From NCBI GenBank assembly GCA_963761335.1, contig CAVXGR010000015.1:288001-352000 (forward strand): a stretch of 64,000 nt of DNA, in the 5' to 3' direction. Made by a program: the position numbers and the translations under genes. The DNA comes from an uncultured delta proteobacterium (lineage in GTDB: Bacteria; Desulfobacterota; Binatia; HRBIN30; BPIQ01). The notes beneath the pieces are model-generated. The model made no database searches and was not told the origin of the DNA. It was given only the letters and a program-made list of their open reading frames with translations. Positions within the stretch are counted from its first letter, which is position 1. Every line of letters begins with the position of its first letter. This document shows, one piece after another, positions 1 to 10,276 of the stretch.

Positions 1-840
1 GCCCACGGTGCTCGGGCCGGAGCCGAGGAACGGGAAGACGATCTCCGTCGCCCAGGTGCTCGGGAGGTATGGAGACGATGGCGCCCGCATGGCGCCGATG
101 AACTCGACGAAGTTGGCGAAGGCCTCGGGGTTTACCAGGCGCTCCGGCTGCAGCATGCGAAACATCATGTACAGCACGGCCACCATGACGATCGACAGGA
201 CGACCAGGATGTCCTTGGTGCGGCGCGCCGGAAAGATGTTGACCAGCATCACCGTGGTGATCACACCCAGCGCCGCCGGGATCATCAGGAAGGGAACGAG
301 CGTCGCGGCCGTCACCAGATAGAAGCTCGGCCCGGCGCCGTGCGCCACGCCGTAGGCCAGAAAGGCCGGCAGGGCGAAGAGCACCATCATCCACGACGAC
401 TCGATGAGGCTCTCGAGAAAGCGCGAGGTGAAGAAGCGGTGCGCGCTCAGCGGCGCCGCCATCAGGCGATCCAGGTCGCGCGCCAGAAAGAAGGTCGACA
501 GCGAGGTGACGATGTTGCTGAACAGCAGGACAGAGAAGAAGGTGACGAAGACCATGCCGAGCAGCTTGTAGGTGAGGACGGGGCCGAAGTCGGGAACCTC
601 CAGGAAGTAGTGCAGCACCCGCAGGAAGAAGAGATAGATCGCGGTGCCGAAGCCCATGCCCAGGACCGTGAGGATGCCGAGCTGGATGCGCCCGGCGCGC
701 CCCATCCGGCGCAGGCGATTGCGTGCCCCGAGGTAGCGGGGCGAGAGCAGGCGCAGCTGGGCTCGCAGGCCGTCCAGCGACACCCCGCGGACGGCGGGCG
801 CTCGGGCGACCAGAGGGCGACTGGGCTCCGCCGGGTTCAT
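1..840 (-). CDS. Putative ABC exporter permease (partial, runs off window start)
   Basis: Minus-strand ATG at 840 overlaps the TGA of the ABC ATPase (ATGA); the frame encodes several hydrophobic TM segments (e.g. FFSVLLFSNIVTSLSTFFLA). Confidence 0.75.
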   Translation of the reverse strand, partial: MNPAEPSRPLVARAPAVRGVSLDGLRAQLRLLSPRYLGARNRLRRMGRAGRIQLGILTVLGMGFGTAIYLFFLRVLHYFLEVPDFGPVLTYKLLGMVFVTFFSVLLFSNIVTSLSTFFLARDLDRLMAAPLSAHRFFTSRFLESLIESSWMMVLFALPAFLAYGVAHGAGPSFYLVTAATLVPFLMIPAALGVITTVMLVNIFPARRTKDILVVLSIVMVAVLYMMFRMLQPERLVNPEAFANFVEFIGAMRAPSSPYLPSTWATEIVFPFLGSGPSTVG

Positions 841-1598
841 GCGCGCAGGGCCGAGACGACCTGGCGTATCTCCTCGCCGCCGGTGAGGGAGAGGAAGATC
901 GACTCCAGGCGATCGGCGGTGTCGTTGCCCGCCTGCTGGCGCAGCTCGTCGACGGTGCCGCAGGCGACCAGCTGCCCGCGGTTGATGATGGCCACCCGAT
1001 CGGCGACCTCCTCCGCCACCTCGAGGCTGTGGGTCGACATGAAGACGGTCACGCCGTGGGCGGCGAGCTCGCGGAAGGTCCGCTTCAGAAGACGCGCGCC
1101 GCGGGGATCCATCCCCACCATCGGCTCGTCGACAATGAGAACTCGCGGGCGGTGGATCAGCGCCGACGCCATCACCAGTCGCTGCTTCATGCCGTGGGAA
1201 TACGACTCCACCAGCTCCTCCTGCCACTGCACGAGATCGAACAGCTCGAGAAGGTCGGCCGACCTCTGCTCGGTGACTTCATCGGAAACGCCGTAGAGGC
1301 CGGCGACGAAGCCGAGGAACTCGCGGCCGGTGAGCTTCTCGTAGACATGGGGGCGATCGGGAACGAAGCCGCAGAGCTGCTTGGCCGCCTCGGGCTCGGA
1401 GCGCAGGTCGTGGCCGCCGAGAACGACGCGACCGGAGGTGGGCTGCAGCAGCCCCATCATCATGCGGATCGTCGTCGTCTTGCCGGCGCCGTTCGGACCC
1501 AGGAAGGCGAACACCTCCCCCGAATCGATGGAGAGGTTCAGGCCGTCGACGGCGCGGACGGAGCTGTACTGTTTGGTGAGCTCGACGATTTCGATCAT
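837..1598 (-). CDS. ABC transporter ATP-binding protein (ABC-2 type)
   Basis: Walker A GPNGAGKTT, signature YSHGMKQRL, Walker B LIVDEP, switch STH. Confidence 0.93.
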   Translation of the reverse strand: MIEIVELTKQYSSVRAVDGLNLSIDSGEVFAFLGPNGAGKTTTIRMMMGLLQPTSGRVVLGGHDLRSEPEAAKQLCGFVPDRPHVYEKLTGREFLGFVAGLYGVSDEVTEQRSADLLELFDLVQWQEELVESYSHGMKQRLVMASALIHRPRVLIVDEPMVGMDPRGARLLKRTFRELAAHGVTVFMSTHSLEVAEEVADRVAIINRGQLVACGTVDELRQQAGNDTADRLESIFLSLTGGEEIRQVVSALRA

Positions 1599-1762
1599 CT
1601 GCCGCTATCCTGCTGATCGTATCCTGCTGATCGGGTGGGGTGTTTGCAACTTCGATGCCTGACCGTGCGCCACCGCATTGACAGCCGACCCGCGCCCGCC
1701 CGCCGTTGAATATTCGGCGGGCCGCCGGCAAGGATGCGGTTTCGTCTGGCGTTGAGCCGTGC

Positions 1763-2146
1763 TCAGGACAGACCGCGCAGGTTGGTCTTCCACTCGCGCC
1801 GGGGCCCAGCCCACAGTACCTGCTTCAGGTCCACCTTGCCGCTGCGGTTGAAGTGAATGCCCTCGCGTTCCAGGATCTGCCTCTGCAGGTCGGGGCGGAG
1901 CAGATCGCCGCGGTGGCTGATGCCGCCGGAGGCGTTGATGACCCGCTGCCAGGGAACCTCGGACTGGAGAACCCGGGGCAGCATGCGCAGCGCTTGTCCC
2001 ACGGCGCGGGCAGCGCGTGGCTGCCCGAGGATCGCGGCCACCTGCCCGTAGGTGACCACCTTGCCGCGCGGAACCCGGCGCACCAGGCGATAGACGAGCT
2101 GATGGAACGGCGGTGTCTTTCCGCCCTTGCGGCTGCGCGTCGCCAC
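1763..2146 (-). CDS. Alkyltransferase-like (ATL/YbaZ, MGMT family) DNA-binding protein
   Basis: VPRGKVVTYGQVA, ARAVG and PWQRVIN motifs (Trp in place of the catalytic Cys of PCHR); GTG start at 2146 inferred. Confidence 0.85.
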   Translation of the reverse strand: MATRSRKGGKTPPFHQLVYRLVRRVPRGKVVTYGQVAAILGQPRAARAVGQALRMLPRVLQSEVPWQRVINASGGISHRGDLLRPDLQRQILEREGIHFNRSGKVDLKQVLWAGPRREWKTNLRGLS

Positions 2147-2192
2147 GCCTCGGTTTGTAGTACAACGACGAGGGGAGGGCGAGGCGCTTGCC

Positions 2193-2271
2193 GGGGACAG
2201 GCACCTTTTCGGCTGCCGAGGCGGCATTTTTCTCGTTCGCGTCACCTTTCGCCGAAGAGGAGCCTGTCCCC
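2193..2271. repeat. REP-like hairpin, GGGGACAGG...CCTGTCCCC family
   Basis: Inverted arms ggggacaggcaccttttc / gaagaggagcctgtcccc; related arms end at 21391, 53456 and 61851. Confidence 0.75.
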
Positions 2272-2309
2272 TTTTCGCGGATGCGGATAAGATGCGGATC
2301 GAGCCTGAG

Positions 2310-3749
2310 ATGACGTATGCCGAACGAGCGGAACGGACCATCCGCGAGGTGATCCCGCCGGTGGACTTCTGGTCGCTGCGCTACGTCGAGGAACGCGACG
2401 AGCATCTGGCGGTGCGCCGGGGTGTGGTCCAGCCGGCGCGCTCGTCGGAGGACATCGGCGCCATGGTGACCGTCGCCGATGCCGGTGGTATCGGCTATGC
2501 GTCGACCTGCGACCTCAGCCCGGGCGGGCTGCGGGCCGCCGCCGAGCGCGCCCGGCAGTGGGCGCGCCTGACGGCCGGAGCCGGTGTCATCGACGTCGCG
2601 CGGCTGCCCCTGCGCGGCCACCGCGGCGAATACGAGACGCACGCCTCGACGCCGTGGCAGTCGGTGCCGATGCGCGAGAAGATCGATCTGCTGCGGCAGC
2701 AATGCGAGCGCCTGAAGGTCGATGATCGCATCGTCGACTGGAGCGCGGCCCTCTGGCACACCGACGCTCTGACGCTCTACCTGACCAGCGACGGGGGCCG
2801 CATCGAGCAGCGCTTTCGCTACCTTCTCCCCACCCTCGGGGCGACCGCCAACAGCGGGGCGGAGTCGCAGTCGCGCACCTTCGGGGGGGACGCCTGCGTG
2901 CGCCAGGGCGGCATGGAGATCCTCGCCGAAGTGGGCTTCGTCGACGCCGCCTCGCGCGTCGGCGCCGAGGCCGTGGAGCTGCTCTGTGCTCCCGATTGTC
3001 CCACGGGAATCATGGATGTCCTCCTGGCGCCGGATCAGATGATCCTGCAGATCCACGAGTCCATCGGTCACCCCCTCGAGCTCGACCGCATCCTCGGAGA
3101 CGAGCGCAATTACGCCGGTACCAGCTTCGTGACCCTGGACATGTTCGGCACCTACCGCTACGGCTCGGAGTTGCTCAACGTCGTCTTCGACCCCACCCGA
3201 CCGCAGCAGCTCGCCACCTGCGCCTTCGACGACGACGGCCAGCCGGCCCGCCGGGAGTATCTGATCAAGGACGGCATTCTCCTGCGGCCGCTCGGCGGCC
3301 TCACCTCGCAGTCGCGTGCCGGCCTTCCGGGCGTCGCCAATGCGCGGGCGACGAGCTGGAACCGCCCGCCCATCGATCGCATGGGCAACATCAACCTGGA
3401 GCCGGCGGGTGCGCGACTCGAGGATATGATCGGCGCCGTGGAGCGCGGCGTCTACATGCAGACCAACAGCTCCTGGTCGATCGACGACTCGCGCAACAAG
3501 TTCCAGTTCGGCTGTGAACGAGGACAGCGAATCGAGGACGGCGAGCTGAGAGGCGTGGTCAAGAAGCCGAACTATCGCGGTGTCTCCGCCACCTTCTGGC
3601 GCAGCCTGAAGATGGTCGGCGACGCCGACGGCGTCGAGGTCCTCGGCACGCCATACTGCGGCAAGGGCGAGCCCAACCAGGTGATCCGCGTCGGCCATGC
3701 CTCGCCGGCGTGCCTGTTCGCCGCGGTTGATGTCTTCGGCGGAGCGTGA
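2310..3749 (+). CDS. tldD: TldD metalloprotease subunit
   Basis: HESIGH zinc motif, FDDDG, RMGNINL, C-terminal CGKGEPNQ; start at 2310 or 2292. Confidence 0.9.
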   Translation: MTYAERAERTIREVIPPVDFWSLRYVEERDEHLAVRRGVVQPARSSEDIGAMVTVADAGGIGYASTCDLSPGGLRAAAERARQWARLTAGAGVIDVARLPLRGHRGEYETHASTPWQSVPMREKIDLLRQQCERLKVDDRIVDWSAALWHTDALTLYLTSDGGRIEQRFRYLLPTLGATANSGAESQSRTFGGDACVRQGGMEILAEVGFVDAASRVGAEAVELLCAPDCPTGIMDVLLAPDQMILQIHESIGHPLELDRILGDERNYAGTSFVTLDMFGTYRYGSELLNVVFDPTRPQQLATCAFDDDGQPARREYLIKDGILLRPLGGLTSQSRAGLPGVANARATSWNRPPIDRMGNINLEPAGARLEDMIGAVERGVYMQTNSSWSIDDSRNKFQFGCERGQRIEDGELRGVVKKPNYRGVSATFWRSLKMVGDADGVEVLGTPYCGKGEPNQVIRVGHASPACLFAAVDVFGGA

Positions 3750-5083
3750 CGGGGCCGATGCAGGAGTACTTCTACGAGATCGGCGAGCGGCTCACCGGCA
3801 TGCTGCGGGGACGGGAGGTGTACACTTGCAGCTTCTCCGCGGAGGAGTCGGATTTTGTCCGTTTCAACCACGGCCGGATCCGCCAGGCCGGCGCGGTGAT
3901 CCAGCGCTACCTGTCCCTCGATCTCATCGAGGGCCGCCGGCATGCCTCGGCGGCGCTGACGCTCTCCGGCGAGCTGGAGGAGGACGAGGCGCGATTGCGC
4001 GCCGCGGTCGAGAGCCTGCGCGCGCAGCGGCACGAGCTCCCCGAAGATCCGTTCCTCCTCTACGCGACGGAGGTGCAATCGAGCGAGCGCCGCCGCGAGA
4101 ATCACCTGCCCGACAGCGCCTGGGCGGTGTGCCGTGCGCGCCAGGCCGGAGGCCGCGGTGGCGACCTCGTGGGTGTCTATGCCGCCGGAGGGGTGCACGC
4201 CGGCTTCGCCAACTCGTTCGGTCAGCGCAACTGGTTCACCGCCTACAGCTTCAACCTCGACTGGAGCAACTACGTCGGCGGCGACCGCGCGGTGAAGAGC
4301 AGCCACGCGGGCTTCGAGTGGAACGACCAGGAGTTCGAGCGCAAGCTCGACGCCGCCGGCGAGCAGCTCGCGGCTCTAGCGCGCCCGCCCCGCGATATCC
4401 GTCCGGGCCGCTATCGCGTCTTCCTGGCGCCGGCGGCGATGGACGAGCTCGTCGGCATCCTCTGCTGGGGCGGCTTCGGCTTGCGCGCCCACCGCACCAA
4501 GACGACGCCGCTGTTGCGCATGGTGGAGGAGGGCGCGCAGCTGAGCGAGGCGGTGAGCTTCGTCGAGAACACGGAAGAGAGCGTGGCGCCGCATTTTCAG
4601 GAGGCGGGCTTCATTCGGCCGCCGCGGGTTCCGCTGATTTCCGGCGGATCCTATCAGGCCTGCCTGGTGTCGCCGCGCTCGGCGGTGGAGTTCGGCGCCT
4701 CCACCAATGGTGCCTCGGCGGGAGAGAGCCCGCTGTCGGTGGACATGGCTCCCGGCGGTCTGCCGCTGGAGCGCGTCCTCGGAGCGCTGCAGACCGGGGT
4801 GTACGTTGGCAATCTGCACTATCTCAACTACTCCGATCGCAGCGCCTGCCGCACCACGGGCATGACCCGCTTCGCGACCTTCTGGGTGGAGAACGGCCGC
4901 ATTCAGGCGCCGCTCGAGGTCATGCGCTTCGACGAAACCGTTTACCGGATGCTCGGCACCCGGCTCGTCGATCTCACCGCCGAGCGCGAGCTGATTCTCG
5001 ACCCGCTGACCTACGGGCAGCGATCGACGCGCAGTGCGCGCCTGCCAGGCGCCTTGATCGAGGACTTCACCTTCACCCTCTAG
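3746..5083 (+). CDS. tldE: TldE/PmbA family partner subunit
   Basis: GTGA-coupled to tldD; PGRYRVFLAPAA and TGMTRFATFWVENG motifs; lacks HExxxH. Confidence 0.8.
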   Translation: MTGPMQEYFYEIGERLTGMLRGREVYTCSFSAEESDFVRFNHGRIRQAGAVIQRYLSLDLIEGRRHASAALTLSGELEEDEARLRAAVESLRAQRHELPEDPFLLYATEVQSSERRRENHLPDSAWAVCRARQAGGRGGDLVGVYAAGGVHAGFANSFGQRNWFTAYSFNLDWSNYVGGDRAVKSSHAGFEWNDQEFERKLDAAGEQLAALARPPRDIRPGRYRVFLAPAAMDELVGILCWGGFGLRAHRTKTTPLLRMVEEGAQLSEAVSFVENTEESVAPHFQEAGFIRPPRVPLISGGSYQACLVSPRSAVEFGASTNGASAGESPLSVDMAPGGLPLERVLGALQTGVYVGNLHYLNYSDRSACRTTGMTRFATFWVENGRIQAPLEVMRFDETVYRMLGTRLVDLTAERELILDPLTYGQRSTRSARLPGALIEDFTFTL

Positions 5084-5086
5084 GCG

Positions 5087-6565
5087 ATGGCGCGCCTGGC
5101 AGACCCGTATCCTTCCGAGCTCGTCCGGCTTCTCCTTGGCGGTGCGGCCGCTCTCCTCGTCGCCCTCGCCGTCGGCAGCGCGGCGTGCTCGGGCGTGGAG
5201 GGCGCGGCCGCGGTGGTTTCCGACCCGGGGGTACAGGCCACTGTCGATCTCCTCTTTCAGCCGGCGCCGACACAGGGATGCATTCCCGCCGACCACAATG
5301 GCGATGGGCGCGTATCTGCCGCCGATCTGGTGGCCTTGGTGCGCGGAGCGCCGGTCACCTGTCCAGCCACGCCGACGCCCTCGGCGACCTCGGTGATGGT
5401 GACGCCGACGCCGCGAGGAGAGCTGCTCATCCCTGCCTCGGAGCCCACCGCTGTCATCACCCAGCTCCCCAACGGCCTCATCGTCGGAGGCCGGCCGCGC
5501 ATGCCGCCGCAGTACGAGGTGCCGGCGCCCCCCGAGGCGCGTGTCGAGGATCTCGCCACCGGCCTCGAGGTGCCGTGGTCCATGGCCTTCGCCCCCGACG
5601 GGCGCTTGTTCGTCAGCGAGCGGCCGGGGCGCATCCGGGTGATCACCGGCGGGCATCTGGTCCCCGATCCGTGGGCGACGATTGCCGTTCAGGCCGTCGG
5701 CGAGGGCGGACTCATGGGTCTGGCGCTGGATCCGGACTTCGCCTCATCTCCGTTCGTCTACGTGTGCTACACCTTCGACGACAACGGCTCCACGGAGAAT
5801 CGCATCAGCCGCTTCCCGGAGGTGGACGGCCATGCCGGAGCCGAGGAGATCCTGCTCGATCGCTTTCCCGGCGCCCGCATCCACAACGGCTGCCGGCTGA
5901 AGTTCGGACCGGACGGCAAGCTCTACGCCACCTCTGGCGACAGCTTCGAGCGCTCGCTGGCGCAGGATCTCGGTTCCCTCGCCGGCAAGATCCTGCGGCT
6001 GAATGCCGACGGCTCGATCCCCGCGGACAACCCCTTCGGCCCTGAGTCGCGGATCTACAGTTACGGCCACCGCAACCCGCAGGGGCTCGCCTTCGACCCG
6101 CGCACCGGCAAGCTGTTCGAGACCGAGCACGGCCCCTCGGGAGAGGTCGACCTCGGCGCCTACGACGAGGTGAACATCATTGTTCCGGGGGAGAATTACG
6201 GCTGGCCGGTGGTTGTCGGCGCGCCCCAGCTGCCGCAGTTCGTCGATCCGCTGCTCTGCTATCCGGACACCGCCGTCCCGCCGGCGGGCGCGACCTTCTA
6301 CAGCGGTGCCCTGATCCCGGAATGGGCGGGTGATCTCTTCTTCACCAGCCTCGGCGCGCACCACCTGCAGCGCCTTGTCCTCGACGCGCAACGCACGCAC
6401 GTCCTGGCGATCGAGCGCCTTTACGACGGCGCTTACGGTCGCCTGCGCGACATCATCGAGGGCCCCGACGGCGCCCTCTACATGAGCACCAGCAACCGCG
6501 ACGGCCGCGGCTTTCCCGCCGCCGATGACGACCGGATTTTGCGGATCTCCGGGGCTGCGTCGTGA
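5087..6565 (+). CDS. Exported PQQ-dependent glucose/sorbosone dehydrogenase-family beta-propeller with N-terminal dockerin-like motif
   Basis: Signal-like N-terminus, ADHNGDGRVSAADL motif, P/T linker, PWSMAFAPDG, GEGGLMGLALDPDF, HNGCRLKFGPDGKLY, YGHRNPQG. Confidence 0.85.
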   Translation: MARLADPYPSELVRLLLGGAAALLVALAVGSAACSGVEGAAAVVSDPGVQATVDLLFQPAPTQGCIPADHNGDGRVSAADLVALVRGAPVTCPATPTPSATSVMVTPTPRGELLIPASEPTAVITQLPNGLIVGGRPRMPPQYEVPAPPEARVEDLATGLEVPWSMAFAPDGRLFVSERPGRIRVITGGHLVPDPWATIAVQAVGEGGLMGLALDPDFASSPFVYVCYTFDDNGSTENRISRFPEVDGHAGAEEILLDRFPGARIHNGCRLKFGPDGKLYATSGDSFERSLAQDLGSLAGKILRLNADGSIPADNPFGPESRIYSYGHRNPQGLAFDPRTGKLFETEHGPSGEVDLGAYDEVNIIVPGENYGWPVVVGAPQLPQFVDPLLCYPDTAVPPAGATFYSGALIPEWAGDLFFTSLGAHHLQRLVLDAQRTHVLAIERLYDGAYGRLRDIIEGPDGALYMSTSNRDGRGFPAADDDRILRISGAAS

Positions 6566-6686
6566 GTCATTCCGGGGCCGCCATGCGCACTTCTGATCCT
6601 CACGCAACGGCGCAACGCTCCATTTCGGAGCTTCCGCGTGGCGCCGCGGCGCCGTTGCCTGAGTCTCTCTCGCGATCGCATCCCGG

Positions 6687-7949
6687 CTACACGCCCATCC
6701 GCAGCCCCGCGCCGCCGTCCGGCTCCTGGCCGAGGGCCTTGCGGGCATCGTTCATGGCGGCGCGGAAGATTCCCTGCGCCATCAGCGATTCCGCGTCGGC
6801 GAGCCGCCGCGCGTAGACGTCGCGCTTGAGCTCCTGAGCGGCGGGGCTCTGCGGCTCGGCCCGGGTTGCCCACTCGGCGAGGTGCGAGGCCATCACCGGG
6901 TCGCCGCCGGCCAGCAGCTCGCGGCCGCGGCGGATCACCGCGCCGACGCCGCCGGCGAGCTTGGCGATCTCCTCGGCCTGCGCCCCCCACGTCGCCGGCA
7001 GCAGGTCGGCGGCGTTGCCGTTCCACCAGCCGCCCCACAGACGTAGCAGGTTGCGCACGATGAACTTCGGGTGGTCGTAGTTGGCGCGCAGGAAGGCGCG
7101 TGTGGAGAGCTCGGGGTCGGGCTCGACGCCGTGGAAGATCTCTTCCGGCGTCTGCCCGGCGTTCATGCGCTCCAGCACCTGATCGATGATCACCCGCAGG
7201 TAGCGGGCCGTGTCGGTGAGCACCGTGCGCACGTTGTCCTTTCCCTGCACGGCGAGGCCGTGGCCCGGGAAGAGCCACTCCGCGTCCAACCCCGCCATGG
7301 TCTCCAGCGCCGTGGCCCATTCCAGCGGATATCTCTGCACCTTCTGCGGATTGCCGCAGTTGGGCGCCTGCCAGATGATCAGGTCGCCGGTGAACAGGAG
7401 ACGCCGCTCCGGAATCCACACCCAGCAGGCGTCGTCGGTCTCCCCTTTGGCGGCGCGATAGTGCACCTCGAGATTGCCGAGGCGCTGGGTGAGCGAGTCG
7501 CGGAAGGTCAACGTCGGCCACTCGAAGTGATCCGGGAACATCGGCGCCGGCAGGCTGAACTGCCGCTGGTTGATGCGCGCGTTCCAGCCGTGAGTCATTT
7601 GGTAGCGGTGGAAGCGGGCGACGCAGTTCTCCTGCGCCACGATCTGCGGCCGCTCTCCGGCGCGCAGGAAGGCGGCGAGCCCGAAGGCATGGTCTGCATG
7701 GCCGTGGGTATAGACGGCGGTGTGCAAGGGGGCCTCGCTCCAGGCGCGCACCGCCTGATGCAGGCTGTCGGACAGGTGCGCGAAGCCGGGATCGATCAGC
7801 AGCAGCCCATCCGGGGTCTGCACCGCATACGAGTTGATGAAGGCCCCGTGCATCAGCACTCCCGGCGCCACCTCGGTGGGCTCGGCGTAGAGGGTGAGAC
7901 GGGCGTGCAACGGGTCGGAGGTGAGCATCGGAAAGGGTTGTGTGGCCAT
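6687..7949 (-). CDS. Alkyl/aryl sulfatase-like metallo-beta-lactamase fold hydrolase
   Basis: YTHGHADH, GETDD, FTGD, PNCGNPQK, PGHG and a C-terminal dimerisation-like region; start MATQPF inferred (longer ORF-track extension overlaps orn). Confidence 0.85.
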   Translation of the reverse strand: MATQPFPMLTSDPLHARLTLYAEPTEVAPGVLMHGAFINSYAVQTPDGLLLIDPGFAHLSDSLHQAVRAWSEAPLHTAVYTHGHADHAFGLAAFLRAGERPQIVAQENCVARFHRYQMTHGWNARINQRQFSLPAPMFPDHFEWPTLTFRDSLTQRLGNLEVHYRAAKGETDDACWVWIPERRLLFTGDLIIWQAPNCGNPQKVQRYPLEWATALETMAGLDAEWLFPGHGLAVQGKDNVRTVLTDTARYLRVIIDQVLERMNAGQTPEEIFHGVEPDPELSTRAFLRANYDHPKFIVRNLLRLWGGWWNGNAADLLPATWGAQAEEIAKLAGGVGAVIRRGRELLAGGDPVMASHLAEWATRAEPQSPAAQELKRDVYARRLADAESLMAQGIFRAAMNDARKALGQEPDGGAGLRMGV

Positions 7950-8042
7950 GACTTCTCGTAGCCGATAATCCCGAGCCGCCTCAAGGGGGAACGGCTCCCT
8001 CCTCTTTGCACGAACCCGGGTTCCGTCTAGAGTAGATGATTC

Positions 8043-8597
8043 ATGAGCCGACAGAGCGAGCACCACCTGGCGTGGATGGATCTCGAGATGACCGGGCTCG
8101 ACCCCGACCGCGAAACCATCCTGGAGATCGCGGTGCTGATCACCACCGATCATCTGGAGCCGGTGGCGGAGGGGCCGGTGCTGGCCGTGCACCAGCCGGA
8201 CGAGGTGCTGGCGGGAATGGACGAGTGGAACCGCGAGCACCATTCCGCCTCGGGCCTGACAGAACGGGTGCGGAGCTCGACGGTGACCATGGAGGAGGCC
8301 GAGGAGCGCACCCTGGACTTCGTGAGCACCTATTGCCCGCGCCGCAGCTCGCCGCTGTGCGGCAACTCCATCTGCCAGGACCGCCGCTTCCTGGCCCGCC
8401 ACATGCCGCGGCTGGAAGCGTACTTTCACTACCGCAACATCGACGTAAGCACCGTCAAGGAGCTGGTTGCCCGCTGGTACCCTGAGGGGCCGCCGCCGCC
8501 GCCGAAGAAGCACGCGCACCTGGCGCTCGACGACATCCGCGAGTCGCTCGAGGAGCTGCGCTTCTACCGCGACAGTTTCCTCCGCCCGCGCGCCTGA
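8043..8597 (+). CDS. orn: Oligoribonuclease
   Basis: [46 protein letters not shown]. Confidence 0.96.
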   Translation: MSRQSEHHLAWMDLEMTGLDPDRETILEIAVLITTDHLEPVAEGPVLAVHQPDEVLAGMDEWNREHHSASGLTERVRSSTVTMEEAEERTLDFVSTYCPRRSSPLCGNSICQDRRFLARHMPRLEAYFHYRNIDVSTVKELVARWYPEGPPPPPKKHAHLALDDIRESLEELRFYRDSFLRPRA

Positions 8598-8670
8598 GAC
8601 AGCGGGCGCCGGTCGTTCCACAGGCCAACCCAATCCTGTATGTAAAGTGGGAAACGTCGACGCAGATGCA

Positions 8671-9501
8671 ATGGTGACAGCACATCGAACCGAGCCTCCG
8701 GGGGGTGGAGAGGCACACATTCGCTTCGAAGACGTGTGCATGGCGTTCGGCGCGCGCATGGTCTTCCGTTCTCTGTCCTGCGACTTTCCGCGCGGCAAGA
8801 TCTCCGTCATTCTCGGGGGCAGCGGCTCCGGAAAGAGCACCGCGCTGCGCCTGATCGGCGGCCTGGTGCATCCCGGGGCGGGGCGAATCCTGGTGGACGG
8901 CGACGACGTCACTCGCCTCTCGGAGCGCCAGATGTACAAGGTGCGCGAGAAGATCGGCATGATGTTCCAGGGCGGCGCCCTGCTCGACTCGATGACCGTC
9001 TTCGACAACCTCGCCTTTCCGCTGCGCGAGCACACCTCGCTGAAGGAGAAGGAGATCGCCGATCAGGTGCACGAGCGGCTGACGGCTGTCGGTCTCACCG
9101 ATGTCGACCGTCTGCTGCCCGGGCAGCTCTCCGGCGGCATGATGAAGCGCGTCGCCCTGGCGCGCGCCATCATGATGGAGCCGGTGATCCTCCTCTGCGA
9201 CGAGGCTTTCTCGGGGCTCGACCCCATCTCGACCCGGCTCATCGAGAGCCTGCTGGTGCGCATCAACCAGCGCCACCAGATGACCATCGTGCTGGTGTCG
9301 CATCACATCCCGTCGACCATGCGCATGGCCGACCGGGTGCTCCTCTTGTTGCCGGATCAGGCGATCGAGGGCACGCCCGAGGACCTGCAACGCAACCCCG
9401 ATCCACGGGTCGTCGCCTTCCTGACCGAGGACGTGGACGAGTCGGTGGCGCTGGCGGAGGAGGTCGAATCGCGACCCGGCGCCCGGGAGCAGGGCGCATG
9501 A
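8671..9501 (+). CDS. mlaF: Phospholipid ABC transporter ATPase MlaF
   Basis: GGSGSGKST, FQGGALLDSMTVFDN, LSGGMMKRVALARA; followed by mlaE and mlaD. Confidence 0.88.
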   Translation: MVTAHRTEPPGGGEAHIRFEDVCMAFGARMVFRSLSCDFPRGKISVILGGSGSGKSTALRLIGGLVHPGAGRILVDGDDVTRLSERQMYKVREKIGMMFQGGALLDSMTVFDNLAFPLREHTSLKEKEIADQVHERLTAVGLTDVDRLLPGQLSGGMMKRVALARAIMMEPVILLCDEAFSGLDPISTRLIESLLVRINQRHQMTIVLVSHHIPSTMRMADRVLLLLPDQAIEGTPEDLQRNPDPRVVAFLTEDVDESVALAEEVESRPGAREQGA

Positions 9502-10271
9502 GCTGGGTGGAGGACCTCGGCTTCACTGTGGTGCGCTTCGTCGATCAGCTGGGGAAGATGACGGCTTTCTCCCTGCAGATTCTGCTGTCGCTGGTCACCC
9601 CCCCCATTCGCATCCGCCGTTTTGTCGACGAGACCTTCAAGCTCGGCGTGCTGTCGCTGGTCATCATCTGCGTCTCGGGACTCGCGGTGGGCATGGTGCT
9701 CAGCCTGCAGGGCTACAACACCCTGGCGCGTTTCGGTGCCACCCAATCGCTGGGCGCGGTCGTCGGCCTGAGCCTGATCCGCGAGCTGGGGCCGGTGCTG
9801 ACCGCCTTGCTCGCCACCGGCCGCGCCGGCTCGGCGACCGCCGCCGAGATCGGTACCATGGTGGCCACCGAGCAGCTCGACGGCCTGCGCATGATGTCGG
9901 TCAATCCGGTGCACTACGTGGTGACGCCGAAGGCGCTGGCCATGGTCGGCGTCATGCCACTGCTCTCGGCGCTGTTCATCGTCTTCGGCATTCTCGGCGG
10001 CTATCTCGTCGGCGTCGATCTCATGGGAGTCGACTCCGGAGCCTATGTGACCAGCCTGCGCTCCGCGGTGGACTTCCGCGACGACGTGCTCGGCAGCCTG
10101 CTGAAGGCGGTGATCTTCGGCATCCTCGTCGGTCTGATCTCCACCTACCGCGGCTACACCAGCGCCCCCACCTCGGAAGGCGTCAGCTCGGCGACGACCT
10201 CGACGGTGGTGGTGGGCTCGGTGACCATTCTGATCTTCGATTACTTCATCACCGCCCTCTGGGGAGTCTGA
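9498..10271 (+). CDS. mlaE: Phospholipid ABC transporter permease MlaE
   Basis: IRELGPVLTALLATGRAGSA, EIGTMVATEQLDGL; ATGA overlap with mlaF. Confidence 0.92.
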   Translation: MSWVEDLGFTVVRFVDQLGKMTAFSLQILLSLVTPPIRIRRFVDETFKLGVLSLVIICVSGLAVGMVLSLQGYNTLARFGATQSLGAVVGLSLIRELGPVLTALLATGRAGSATAAEIGTMVATEQLDGLRMMSVNPVHYVVTPKALAMVGVMPLLSALFIVFGILGGYLVGVDLMGVDSGAYVTSLRSAVDFRDDVLGSLLKAVIFGILVGLISTYRGYTSAPTSEGVSSATTSTVVVGSVTILIFDYFITALWGV

Positions 10272-10276
10272 ATGCG

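Noticed and set aside
7950..9035. N-terminal extension of the 782-aa ORF 6687-9035
   Set aside because: It is antisense to orn and mlaF; the sulfatase-like protein starts near 7949.
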